Shown here piece after piece: positions 48,299-57,288 of a DNA stretch of 64,000 nt (positions within the stretch are counted from its first letter, which is position 1; each line of letters begins with the position of its first letter). The translations under genes and the position numbers were made by a program. Source of the stretch: a bacterium. Lineage in GTDB: Bacteria > Patescibacteriota > Microgenomatia > Levybacterales > UBA12049. The stretch lies in contig JAJYDJ010000001.1 in the NCBI GenBank assembly GCA_021777565.1, positions 248,856-312,855 on the forward strand, read 5' to 3'. The notes beneath the pieces were generated by a model. It did not search any database. It was not told the origin of the DNA and worked only from the letters and a program-made list of their open reading frames with translations.

Positions 48299-48850
48299 CT
48301 AGAGCTCTAAATCTTCATGGATATTCTGCATTTCAGTCAGACAAATAGTCACAAATTCCAGAAGAGGCATGCCAAGTTTCTCTTCACAGAGATAAATTTG
48401 TGTTCTATCAGCTCCAGAAGCAAATGCAGGCTGTTTCATCTTCTTAATGACAAATTCATTGGTTACTGCAGAGAGTTTTTTCTCAGGTAAGATCAGTGCA
48501 CAGGCAACGATAATACCTGTCAGCGTATCACAACAGGTTATGGCCCAGTCCATACGGGATTTGGGTGTGACGCCGTTTCTCTCGTAGTTGTGTGATTTGA
48601 TTGCATAGGTTATGTCTTCTGGAATGTCCTTCTCGTTCTGGAAAAGTAACAGTCCATGCTGTTCAGGCTTGCCCTTACTCATCTCATAATCGGCATCATG
48701 TAACAATCCTACTATCCCCCATTTGTCCTCGTCATCGCCAAAATATCTAGCGAGTCCCCGCATAGACGCTTCAGCCGCAAGGCAGTGCTTGATAAGGTTT
48801 TTATTGGTCAGGTATTTCATGAGGATGTCGTAGGCTTCTTGTCTGGTCAT
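48299..48850 (-). CDS. HD-domain phosphohydrolase
   Basis: H...HD metal-binding pattern (LIKHCLAAE ... GLLHDADYE). 183 aa. Confidence 0.6.
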   Translation of the reverse strand: MTRQEAYDILMKYLTNKNLIKHCLAAEASMRGLARYFGDDEDKWGIVGLLHDADYEMSKGKPEQHGLLLFQNEKDIPEDITYAIKSHNYERNGVTPKSRMDWAITCCDTLTGIIVACALILPEKKLSAVTNEFVIKKMKQPAFASGADRTQIYLCEEKLGMPLLEFVTICLTEMQNIHEDLEL

Positions 48851-48922
48851 AGTTTAAGTATATCAGCATGCGAGAGTTGGTGGCAAGAAATGTGCTAGTA
48901 AGCGTTCGTATTTTGTTGTAGA

Positions 48923-49642
48923 ATGCCGGATATGACAAATGAGGGTGATCCATGTGGCAACATGGTGCACATTGATGTGTATACCCGAGACGTTTTTGCC
49001 CAGATGGGGACTGAGGGTGTGTACGATCCCGTTCTTCAAGACGCCACCTCCCTGATCCAATATGGTGCCTGGGGCTTACGTAATCTTTCTGGTATGGGCT
49101 ACATGGCCCGGGAGGAAATCTGCCTAGCTTCCATGACTTCAGGAGTTGATCCTGAACATCCTCAACCAATGGTGAGGCGATGGGAGTCTATATCACAGGA
49201 CAGAGAGCCATTTATGATGGTTGCCTGGGATATCCATACTGGTGTGGTAGGCGTGGTGGAAGGTCGTGTGTATACCTATGCTCCGACCGGTGATAAGGCT
49301 ATTTTTATTTATTGGGTCGTTGTGCGTGATACGGGTGATGGAGATCAAATACTCAGCTATCAAGGACGTGGCGTGGGCAGGCAGTTATATGAGCAGGTTG
49401 AAGCATTTGCTCGAGCACGAGGTGTGGATGTGATCATTGCTGGTGTGCATACAGAGAACACAAACTCACAGCATTTTCACGCATCCAGAGGATTTCATAA
49501 TGAGACCTGCTCAGGTGGTGATACGTGCCCGCATGCGACACCGTGCGGTGTCTACATCCCACCGTATCCAATTGCAGATATTGATGAACAAGGAGAATTC
49601 CGTACTGGCCAACTCGCCTTCTGGTCAAAAAGATTGAGGTAA
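48923..49642 (+). CDS. GNAT-family N-acetyltransferase
   Basis: Acetyl-CoA motif A QGRGVGRQLYEQVEAFARARG (Q/RxxGxG/A). 239 aa. Upstream TGtTAGAAT extended -10 about 7 nt before the ATG. Confidence 0.6.
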   Translation: MPDMTNEGDPCGNMVHIDVYTRDVFAQMGTEGVYDPVLQDATSLIQYGAWGLRNLSGMGYMAREEICLASMTSGVDPEHPQPMVRRWESISQDREPFMMVAWDIHTGVVGVVEGRVYTYAPTGDKAIFIYWVVVRDTGDGDQILSYQGRGVGRQLYEQVEAFARARGVDVIIAGVHTENTNSQHFHASRGFHNETCSGGDTCPHATPCGVYIPPYPIADIDEQGEFRTGQLAFWSKRLR

Positions 49643-49673
49643 GTGAGGGTATGAGAGAGAATTCTCTTGCTGC

Positions 49674-50534
49674 TTATTTCCCTAAAAATCCAATACCCAG
49701 GATTGCCACGATGACAAGTGCAATCCCAACCCAATTTTTAACAGATATTTTATCTTTCAAGAAAATCTGCGCAAGAACGATTGTTACCACCGGATATGTT
49801 GAGGTAATTGGTGAAGCAATTGATGCCAGAGTAAAGTTGAAGGAGACAAAGAGAAATAATGTTCCAACTGCTGTTGCGAGTGTCCCCCAGAGTAAAAATG
49901 TGTAATCCTTAAGATTTTTTAGCATTCCCGTAAATTGTTGTACAGATTGATGCTGAAGCTTCATATAGCCAAAACTCACAATGACTTGCGCAATTGCTGC
50001 GTACACAAAGAAATTCCATACAGATGTATCAGTTATATATCGTTTACTCAAGGTGTCGGATGCCCCAATTGCCACAGCTGCCCCAATAGCCCACAAAATT
50101 GGAGATAATTTGTGCAGTTCTTCTTTATCTATTTTGTCTGGGAAAGCAACGATAATTGTTCCAAGAACTGCCAAAAACACACAGATTCCTGTAAAAAGAT
50201 CTATTTGTTCGTGGTTAAAGAGTATGGAAAAGATGACTGTATAAATTGAGTAACTTGCAAGTATTGGGACATTAATACTTAATTCACCCTTTGAAAGGGC
50301 ATGAAAATATATACCTTGGCCAAGGATTGCCGTTGAAAACCCAACCAAGGTCCCATAGAGAAGATTCCCCGGTGTAAAGCCAAACAGGATTCCGACTCCT
50401 CCCCAGCAAATAAGACAAACGAGTGCAAATATGAAGAAAGAGGCTGACGGAGAAAAAGTCGTGAAACTTTTTTTCATCAAGACATTTGCAATGCCAATTA
50501 CTAATGACCCACAAAGTGCAAAAAATATACCCAT
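49674..50534 (-). CDS. EamA/DMT-superfamily transporter (10 TM)
   Basis: Two EamA-like 5-TM halves, hydrophobic throughout. 286 aa. Confidence 0.65.
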   Translation of the reverse strand: MGIFFALCGSLVIGIANVLMKKSFTTFSPSASFFIFALVCLICWGGVGILFGFTPGNLLYGTLVGFSTAILGQGIYFHALSKGELSINVPILASYSIYTVIFSILFNHEQIDLFTGICVFLAVLGTIIVAFPDKIDKEELHKLSPILWAIGAAVAIGASDTLSKRYITDTSVWNFFVYAAIAQVIVSFGYMKLQHQSVQQFTGMLKNLKDYTFLLWGTLATAVGTLFLFVSFNFTLASIASPITSTYPVVTIVLAQIFLKDKISVKNWVGIALVIVAILGIGFLGK

Positions 50535-50617
50535 GATGAGATTATACCAAAGTTTACGTAGGTCTGTGATTTAGGAAACAATATGCCTGAAGACTTAGAG
50601 AGTGAAATATCTGAGGG

Positions 50618-50691
50618 TGGAGCTAACTGGACTCGAACCAGTGACCTTTACAATGTCAATGTAACGCTCTAACCAACTGAGCTATAGCTCC
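50618..50691 (-). tRNA. tRNA-Val (anticodon GAC)
   Basis: Reverse complement GGAGCTATAGCTCAGTTGGTTAGAGCGTTACATTGACATTGTAAAGGTCACTGGTTCGAGTCCAGTTAGCTCCA folds as a cloverleaf; anticodon loop TTGACAT. CCA not encoded. Confidence 0.85.
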
Positions 50692-50747
50692 AAAGATAGC
50701 TCTATTATAGCGAATCTACGATATGTGAGCAACGTGAAGACGGTTAA

Positions 50748-51518
50748 TCAACCTGATTTGGCAGCATTGGTCTCGGAATTCACAATATCACTTCTCTGTT
50801 TGGGCTTAAATCTTCCCATCATGCCGCCTGATTTGGCCTTCTGACTTTGTGGCTGGCCAAACTGCCCCTGCATGTTTCTCTTGCCTTGTACGGCTCTCTG
50901 CCACGTGCCTGACTCACTACTGCGCTGCTGTACATCCCTGGCAAGGGATAACAAGTTACTCAGGACACTGGAAGTTGCCTTATCAGGGGTCATCCCTGGG
51001 CCTGTTGCTTGGATAAGCTCTCTTTGCAGCGAGGCATCTTTGGTTGTCGCCGCAATACGCTGAATTTCCCCAAGAATTTCCTGGCTACTTCGCTGCATTT
51101 TTTGTCTCTCTTCACCTTCAGCCTTTTTACTTGCGTTGATAAGATCTCTTGCATAATTTGGTGTCTCGATCCCCGCTTCGATATGCACTGGCTTCTTCTC
51201 TGGAACTACTCCTTTGAGTTCACCTGGATTTTTATTGAGAGAGGCCAGATCGATTGCGGTACCAGGCTGCATCTCACCTTTTTTGCCAAGCATGGGCGAT
51301 AGGTCGATGCCCGTGATATTTTCAACGGCCTGTCCAAAGCCTGTTTTGGCATGTTCTTGGACTGTTTTTCCCACACTTTTGGGCATTTCTTTCAGGATCT
51401 CAAATCCATCAGTAGTTGGACGAGGCGGTGTAGGCGTCTTTTTGGGCGGTTGGAAAGGATTTGGGCTTTTTTGCAAGACCCCGAAGGTTTGTGCGGGTTT
51501 ACCCCATGAATCGGCCAT
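50748..51518 (-). CDS. Hypothetical low-complexity protein (Pro-rich N-terminus, Gln/Lys-rich C-terminus; probably disordered)
   Basis: 256-aa ORF on the same strand as tig. PNPFQPPKKTPTPPRPT. No domain recognised. Confidence 0.4.
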   Translation of the reverse strand: MADSWGKPAQTFGVLQKSPNPFQPPKKTPTPPRPTTDGFEILKEMPKSVGKTVQEHAKTGFGQAVENITGIDLSPMLGKKGEMQPGTAIDLASLNKNPGELKGVVPEKKPVHIEAGIETPNYARDLINASKKAEGEERQKMQRSSQEILGEIQRIAATTKDASLQRELIQATGPGMTPDKATSSVLSNLLSLARDVQQRSSESGTWQRAVQGKRNMQGQFGQPQSQKAKSGGMMGRFKPKQRSDIVNSETNAAKSG

Positions 51519-51530
51519 ATATGTATCGTC

Positions 51531-52382
51531 TTAGAGATTGGCTAAGAAATCAAGCGTTTTCTGTTGGCGAAGGATTGTCGTGACCATGTAGATGTTTTTT
51601 TGGATAGCTTCTTTTTCTTCTGGTGACTTGGCAGTAGCAAGTGCTTCATCAATCTCTTTCTGTCCTACCTCAAGCTTGGCATCATTAGCAATAGCCTGGA
51701 GAATAAATTCGAGTGCGATATCTCCTCGTGCCTTCCCTTCGTATTCAGCCTTGAGTGTCTCGATGGTTTTGCCTGTGGATGCCATGTACTGATCCAAAGA
51801 AAGGCCCAATTTCTTGATCTCACCCAAAAGTTGGGACAAGAGTCTCTCTGCTTCGCCTTCGATAAGCACCTGTGGGACTTTCACGGTAACTTTTTCTAAA
51901 AGTACTTTGACGATATCTTCAAGTTTTGGTTTCTGCACTTCAGTCTGTCCTGGCTTAAGGATTTTGCCAGCGGCGGTTACTGCTTGAACATCCTTTTTGT
52001 AGTCTCCCAAGACGACTTCTGGGGTTTCACAGGTGATAGCCTCAAATTCCCAGTCCCCTTCGTCATCAAGTTTGGTCACATTGATGCGTGGGTTGATGAT
52101 TGGTTTTACTTTTTGCTCATTCACAGCCATGACATAGGCGGTTGGAAGTAGTTGTTTTAAGGTAGCTTCTCGTACTTTCTCAGGATCAAGTTTGGTCTCA
52201 ATCATTTCCTTTGGTGCTTTGCCAGCACGGAATCCTGGAAGTTTGGCAGCTTGTGCCATCTTTGCTACTTCTTCTTTGCGGACTTTTTCTACTTCTGCTT
52301 TTGGGAGTGTAATGGTGAAGACGATATCGCCGTTCTCTTCTCGCTTGACTGTTGTTGGATAGGGGCTGGTAGTTGCTGCCAT
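51531..52382 (-). CDS. tig: Trigger factor (short form: ribosome-binding + PPIase-like regions only)
   Basis: GFRAGKAPKEMIE is the trigger-factor ribosome-binding signature (GFRxGxxP). About 283 aa versus about 430 aa typical. Confidence 0.75.
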   Translation of the reverse strand: MAATTSPYPTTVKREENGDIVFTITLPKAEVEKVRKEEVAKMAQAAKLPGFRAGKAPKEMIETKLDPEKVREATLKQLLPTAYVMAVNEQKVKPIINPRINVTKLDDEGDWEFEAITCETPEVVLGDYKKDVQAVTAAGKILKPGQTEVQKPKLEDIVKVLLEKVTVKVPQVLIEGEAERLLSQLLGEIKKLGLSLDQYMASTGKTIETLKAEYEGKARGDIALEFILQAIANDAKLEVGQKEIDEALATAKSPEEKEAIQKNIYMVTTILRQQKTLDFLANL

Positions 52383-52425
52383 AGTGAGCATAGTTTAGCA
52401 GAGATTACCGTGGTGAGCAAGGCTA

Positions 52426-52511
52426 TGGTGCCGGGAAAAGGACTTGAACCTTCACGCCCTCACGGGCACATGGTCCTAAACCATGCGTGTCTACCATTTC
52501 ACCACCCCGGC
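52426..52511 (-). tRNA. tRNA-Leu (anticodon TAG)
   Basis: Reverse complement GCCGGGGTGGTGAAATGGTAGACACGCATGGTTTAGGACCATGTGCCCGTGAGGGCGTGAAGGTTCAAGTCCTTTTCCCGGCACCA. Long variable arm; anticodon loop TTTAGGA. CCA encoded. Confidence 0.85.
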
Positions 52512-52566
52512 AAATTACCTAAAGATAGGTGTAGTATAGCGTAGTTAGGCTGTGTTGGGAACTCTT

Positions 52567-53118
52567 TTACAAAGAGATTGTGAGGTTTCGTGCGTCAAAA
52601 TCGTGCTTAAAGTTCTCAATGTCTTGCATGAAGTAACTCACATGTGAGGCCCATGCTGGATTTGAGGCATAGTGATGGCCAAGTTTGTAAATGTCAGTAT
52701 CTCCCCACTGGTTAATGTATTGCTGACGAATACCTTGTGAGACCGTGTGAATACCTTCAGGATATGAGTTAAAACAGACCATGTTCGTGCCAAAGATTCC
52801 CCAACCCCAGGCATTGATACAAGGGACTGCCTGTCCAAAGTTGGATTCAACTCCAGAAATAGCCAGAACAAGATCCCATGGGAGTTGATAGGCATCAGCT
52901 TCCTGTACGAAGTTAGCAGCGTAGGGTGCAAGTGGTGAGTTACGTTTCTCCAGATACGCACGAGCAGCCTGGATACGGGTATCAGCCACGATAGTAGTCT
53001 GGGCATCGATATTGAGTATTGCGGATGAACCAGAAGCCTTTTCTTGGGCATGTGCTGCTTGCAATGGGAAAACCATCAGAATTGCGAGAAGGTAAGTTGT
53101 TGTAAGAATGTGTTTCAT
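52567..53118 (-). CDS. Secreted glucosaminidase-domain (GH73/FlgJ-like) putative peptidoglycan hydrolase, paralog A
   Basis: Signal peptide MKHILTTTYLLAILMVFPLQAAHA|QE. ISGVESNFGQ (E-S-x-x-G), then NAWGWGIFG and FNSYPEGI match the glucosaminidase-domain pattern. Start taken at ATG 53118; the ORF-track GTG at 53154 would overlap a terminator. Confidence 0.6.
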   Translation of the reverse strand: MKHILTTTYLLAILMVFPLQAAHAQEKASGSSAILNIDAQTTIVADTRIQAARAYLEKRNSPLAPYAANFVQEADAYQLPWDLVLAISGVESNFGQAVPCINAWGWGIFGTNMVCFNSYPEGIHTVSQGIRQQYINQWGDTDIYKLGHHYASNPAWASHVSYFMQDIENFKHDFDARNLTISL

Positions 53119-53152
53119 ACTCGGGTCTTTACAGACCGTATGGGTGTGAGCC

Positions 53153-53196
53153 ACAAAAAAATCCTAACGTATGCATTTGAGAGGCATACCTTAGGA
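53153..53196 (-). terminator. Rho-independent terminator between the two GH73-like paralogs
   Basis: Minus strand reads CCTAAGGTATGC-CTCTCAAAT-GCATACGTTAGG (12-bp stem, 1 mismatch) followed by ATTTTTTTG. Confidence 0.55.
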
Positions 53197-53322
53197 TCTG
53201 TTGACATAATAACAAACTATTATAGGTTTGTCAAGGGGTTAATTATAGGACGTTTGAGGCTAAAATAACCCAAAAATAGGGCAATTTTGCTTTAGTTGTT
53301 GAAATTGGAACAGCAAATGAGG

Positions 53323-53907
53323 CTATATCTGATCCATGAAGGAAGACACGTTTTGGATCCAGTTATTGGTATTGGTAGGGTTGTACACCGGGCCAATCTG
53401 CTCTGGCGTAATAAGGCCTTGAGAGACATAGTGAACACCCAGGGATTTGCTGACCGTAATGATGGCATCTTCATAGTTATCAAAGGTGACTACCTGCCCT
53501 CCATGGATGCCATATCCCCAGCAATTATGCGTGCCTGGCATTTCAGTCTTGCACAGCGTAGACTCCTGCATGCCTATGGCTACTAACAGGCGGTAATCAA
53601 GCTTATTTTTATCTGCCTCACGCACAAATACCTGAGCAAAAGGTGCCAGAGGCGAGTGATATCTTCTCAGGAAGGATTCCAATCTGAGCGTGCGCGAGTC
53701 AGTCTCCCCGACCGTCGTAGTGATAGTGTCTGCTGCCGTAGGTAAGGCCGCGTAGGCGACCTTTTTGGCGGGCGTAATATGTCCAATAAGGGGGAAAACC
53801 AGTCCTGAGCTATGCGCGTAGCCAAAATAGCCATATAACATTATGGCAGCAACAAGTAACCCTGGGGTGAAGGTGAAGAATGATAGAAGTAGAAATAACT
53901 TCTTCAT
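53323..53907 (-). CDS. Secreted/membrane-anchored glucosaminidase-domain (GH73/FlgJ-like) putative peptidoglycan hydrolase, paralog B
   Basis: N-terminal hydrophobic anchor MKKLFLLLSFFTFTPGLLVAAIMLYGYF. IGMQESTLCK, NCWGYGIHGG and FDNYEDAI parallel paralog A. Confidence 0.6.
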   Translation of the reverse strand: MKKLFLLLSFFTFTPGLLVAAIMLYGYFGYAHSSGLVFPLIGHITPAKKVAYAALPTAADTITTTVGETDSRTLRLESFLRRYHSPLAPFAQVFVREADKNKLDYRLLVAIGMQESTLCKTEMPGTHNCWGYGIHGGQVVTFDNYEDAIITVSKSLGVHYVSQGLITPEQIGPVYNPTNTNNWIQNVSSFMDQI

Positions 53908-53981
53908 GCTGTCTTTATCGTGTCACTTTGTGCGTATGGTTGTCAAGTTGAGCTCAGATTGGTACAATTGTTGTGTTGTCA

Positions 53982-54064
53982 GCCCAGATGGCGAAATGGT
54001 AGACGCGCTAGTTTCAGGTACTAGTCCTCGCAAGGGGGTGGAGGTTCGAGTCCTCTTCTGGGCA
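53982..54064 (+). tRNA. tRNA-Leu (anticodon CAG)
   Basis: GCCCAGATGGCGAAATGGTAGACGCGCTAGTTTCAGGTACTAGTCCTCGCAAGGGGGTGGAGGTTCGAGTCCTCTTCTGGGCA. Long variable arm; anticodon loop TTCAGGT. No CCA. Confidence 0.85.
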
Positions 54065-54078
54065 CAACAGAGCATCTG

Positions 54079-54825
54079 CTATTTGTCCCCTAGTGCATCG
54101 CGTAAGGTATAACGATCAGCCATAAGATACCACTTAATACGCAACAAATCGGTGAGTGACAAGATAATATCACGAGGGAAATGGACCTTGGTATGAACAT
54201 CATTTGACCAGCTGACCGGGACCTCCTTTACTGAAAACCCACGCTTGATGGCAAGCGTGATAACTTCACAATCAAAACCCCATCGATCAATGTGTGAACG
54301 TGTGAAAATTTCTTTACTTGCTTTATGAGAAAATGCTTTAAATCCACACGTGAAGTCAGAAACAGGTACACGAAGTAACACCTGAGAAAACTTCGTAAAA
54401 CTTTTTCCCAAAAATTCTCTCAACCATGGCTGATGATGCTTTATCTTGGCACCTTTGGTTTTGCGTGATCCGATCACGACATCATGGGATGACAGTAAAG
54501 GAAGGAAATCAATCAGCGTGTCCAGTGGGGTTGAAAGATCCACATCCATAAAAAGATGGTAACGTCCTTGTGCCCGGAGCATCCCTACTCTGATAGCATG
54601 GCCTTTCCCTTTATTGGCCGAATAGCCGATAATTCTGACGTGTGGGTGTTTTTTTGCAAAGGCAATGAGTTTATCTCGCGTCTTATCACTACTCCCGTCA
54701 TCAACAAAAATAATTTCAGTCGTAAATTTTTGTCGTGAAAAAAAAGTGGTAATTACGGGCAAGGTATGTAAACGCTTCTGCTCGTTATAGACAGGGATGA
54801 TGACTGATAAGTATGGCCTTTTCAT
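54079..54825 (-). CDS. GT2-family glycosyltransferase, polyprenyl-phosphate sugar synthase-like (DPM1/GtrB/ArnC-type)
   Basis: MKRPYLSVIIPVYNE...IIFVDDGSSDKT...GKGHA GT-A signature (DxD-type). Soluble, about 248 aa. Start at MKRPY (54825). Confidence 0.75.
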   Translation of the reverse strand: MKRPYLSVIIPVYNEQKRLHTLPVITTFFSRQKFTTEIIFVDDGSSDKTRDKLIAFAKKHPHVRIIGYSANKGKGHAIRVGMLRAQGRYHLFMDVDLSTPLDTLIDFLPLLSSHDVVIGSRKTKGAKIKHHQPWLREFLGKSFTKFSQVLLRVPVSDFTCGFKAFSHKASKEIFTRSHIDRWGFDCEVITLAIKRGFSVKEVPVSWSNDVHTKVHFPRDIILSLTDLLRIKWYLMADRYTLRDALGDK

Positions 54826-55559
54826 ACGGTCCGCTTTTGTGCAACGCAAAAAAGTGTCGTCCCGAACGGCACAGGAAGAATACGCATCCACACCGACTCT
54901 ATCCAAAACAAAAGTGAAAAAAGTGTATTAACCAAACTGTTGGTGTGAGAAAAATCCGAGGGATATGATTTACCTTTATATAACAATGATTTTACATATC
55001 GAACTACGTATGCAGGAATGAAAAGGAACGAATAACGATACGTCATTTCACGAATACTAAACCCATTCTTCACCAATACCTCATACAATGACTTTCTAGT
55101 ATAACGTCTCTTGTGGTGCAGCACTTCATCCCATGTGCTCCAAAGGAATGGAAAGGCAGGGACACTGAGAATGAGATATCCATTTTTCTTTAATACTCGC
55201 GCGCATTCATTAAGCGCCTGTCCCTCACTCTCTATATGTTCGAGAACATCAAGAAGCGTAATACCATCAAAGGTCTGTGCTGGGAAAGGTAAGTGCTCAG
55301 CATCCCCTTTTACTACTTGCGTCAATCCTCTTTTGTGACAGAAGCGTAATGCATCCGCGGATGGGTCTACTCCATAGGCATCCCCTATCATTGACCATTT
55401 CTGTACATTATTTCCTGTGCCACATCCCACATCCAAAATCTTTGCGTTGGGGGTAGTCACGAAGCGACGAAGATAGTCGAAAATCGTGCCTGTTTTTGCT
55501 CTATGCCACCAATGCTTTTGTTCAGTAACAAAGAGATCTTTATATAAATATCGTTCCAT
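54822..55559 (-). CDS. Class I SAM-dependent methyltransferase
   Basis: Motif I ILDVGCGTGNN and motif II/post-I FDGITLLDVLEHI. 4-nt overlap with the GT2 start. Confidence 0.75.
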   Translation of the reverse strand: MERYLYKDLFVTEQKHWWHRAKTGTIFDYLRRFVTTPNAKILDVGCGTGNNVQKWSMIGDAYGVDPSADALRFCHKRGLTQVVKGDAEHLPFPAQTFDGITLLDVLEHIESEGQALNECARVLKKNGYLILSVPAFPFLWSTWDEVLHHKRRYTRKSLYEVLVKNGFSIREMTYRYSFLFIPAYVVRYVKSLLYKGKSYPSDFSHTNSLVNTLFSLLFWIESVWMRILPVPFGTTLFCVAQKRTV

Positions 55560-55609
55560 ATACGAGGCTACATTTTATAGTATATACTAATGCTTGAGCA
55601 TACAGAAAG

Positions 55610-57214
55610 ATGAAATTTTTATATAACCCCAGGAATAGATGGATTGCTTTGCTTTTTTCCGTTATTGTCCTGCTTACCTATCGAGATGTTTGGTTTATTT
55701 ACTTCCAGCAAGATGAATGGTTCTGGTTTAAGAAAATTCTTTTATTCGATCACTACGGCATCTGGAATCACTTTCAGGTTGTGAGTAATCACTTTACTCC
55801 CCTTTTCTCCTTGCAGTTTGATCTTATGATGCGTCTTTTTGGATTTAATACTTTTTTTTATGGCCTTTATAACTTTGTTTTGCATTACATCAATACAGTT
55901 CTTGTCTTTGTCTTTGCAAAAAAGGTAACACGGAGTGAAAAGATTGGTATTATTGCCGGTGCTCTTTTTGCAGTCGCAGCGACACCGGTGGAGGCGGTTA
56001 CCTGGTATGGGACGTCTCCCATGTCTCTTCCTTCGACCACCTGTGGACTGTTCGCCTTACTGCTTTTTCATAGTTACTTACAAAAAGGACAAATAAAAAA
56101 ACTTATCCAAAGTCTTGCTCTTATCATCATCGGGAGTTTGTTTTATGAAAGTCTTATCGCCTTATTTCTTTTTCTGATTGTGTGGGCACTTATAGAAAAA
56201 CGAAATCGGAAAGATACTATTAGTTGGTCCATGCTCGTTGGTGTCCTCTTTTTTATCTTCAGGTCTCTCTTACAAGTGACACAAGGGATTACCATAAAGG
56301 TCTCCTATGCGACTTATCTGGCAACGGTTGTTCATCACCTGATAAAATTTATTCCTCTAGGATTTTCTCAACTCTTTGTCCCTACAGAGTGGGTATACCA
56401 AACCTCGCTTGCACTTATTCAATATAATCAGCCGGACATATTGCAGATGATTCCAAAAGAGTGGGATATGTATTTCAATCTTGATAATCTGATGCGCACA
56501 TTCTTTCTGTCATTTACGGTCATCATTGTCTTGAGTCTTCTTATTTACATCGCTATCCCTTTTGCCCAAAGAGAGAGAAAAAAATATATTATTCTTTTCT
56601 TTCTTTTTTGTATCATTAATTTCCTTCCCTTTTCGCTTCTGCCCCAGAGTGGACTTGAGTCTCGTCATTTTTATTTCATCACCATAGGGAGTTCTGTCAT
56701 GTTGGGAATTATTATTGAGAGATTTTTTGAGAAGATTGGGTCGCCAATCGGCAAACTTCTTATTATCTTTCTCGTGACTTATTATATGGGTTTTCAAATC
56801 CATTTTATTCGAGATGCGGTAGTTGCTCTGGGACGTGTAAGTGCCGTCAGAGCAACAATAGTTCACGATGTTGTGTCCACATACAAGACAGTGCCACCTC
56901 GTGTGATTTTCTATTCAACGACTGGGGTTCTGCCATTTCAATCAGGATTTGGAGAGACGCTTATGGTCAACTACGCATCACAACACTCATATATCCCTTT
57001 CTTTAAAACCGAATTCCTGACCCACATGGGAGAACAAGGATATCAGGAAATGGATGGTGTCGGATTTGGCTACTTTAGTGAATATGCACTCCTCAAGCAG
57101 GCATATGATGCCTATCACCTGCAGCCATCGGATGTCTATGCCTTTGCGTGGGATAATGTGAATAAAAAGCTCATTGACCAATCTGTGCAAATCAGGGCCA
57201 AGCTCTCTCAATAA
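55610..57214 (+). CDS. Polytopic membrane protein, putative GT-C-fold glycosyltransferase (GT39/GT83, PMT/ArnT-like)
   Basis: 534 aa, at least 11 predicted TM helices. Asp-Glu pair in the first extracytoplasmic loop (FQQDEWFWF) as in PMT/ArnT-type GT-C enzymes. Divergent from the GT2+MTase pair. Confidence 0.5.
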   Translation: MKFLYNPRNRWIALLFSVIVLLTYRDVWFIYFQQDEWFWFKKILLFDHYGIWNHFQVVSNHFTPLFSLQFDLMMRLFGFNTFFYGLYNFVLHYINTVLVFVFAKKVTRSEKIGIIAGALFAVAATPVEAVTWYGTSPMSLPSTTCGLFALLLFHSYLQKGQIKKLIQSLALIIIGSLFYESLIALFLFLIVWALIEKRNRKDTISWSMLVGVLFFIFRSLLQVTQGITIKVSYATYLATVVHHLIKFIPLGFSQLFVPTEWVYQTSLALIQYNQPDILQMIPKEWDMYFNLDNLMRTFFLSFTVIIVLSLLIYIAIPFAQRERKKYIILFFLFCIINFLPFSLLPQSGLESRHFYFITIGSSVMLGIIIERFFEKIGSPIGKLLIIFLVTYYMGFQIHFIRDAVVALGRVSAVRATIVHDVVSTYKTVPPRVIFYSTTGVLPFQSGFGETLMVNYASQHSYIPFFKTEFLTHMGEQGYQEMDGVGFGYFSEYALLKQAYDAYHLQPSDVYAFAWDNVNKKLIDQSVQIRAKLSQ

Positions 57215-57288
57215 AATGAGCATAGCCCCCTTTAGGTAGCAGCCTCTAGGCGACAGGGCAGTTTTTTGCTATAATTTTGTCAATCCAA

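Noticed and set aside
48801-49637. Minus-strand ORFs 48801..49169, 48863..49060, 49434..49628 and + ORF 49437..49637 around the HD/GNAT genes
   Set aside because: They overlap the motif-bearing HD-domain and GNAT reading frames. Their composition is Arg/His/Cys-rich, typical of GC-rich shadow frames.
50535-50617. Possible attachment-site direct repeats of tRNA 3' ends (tRNA-Val, tRNA-Leu, tRNA-Gly) marking integrated elements
   Set aside because: I could not find a second copy of any tRNA 3' end within the window by reading. This cannot be excluded without a computed repeat search.
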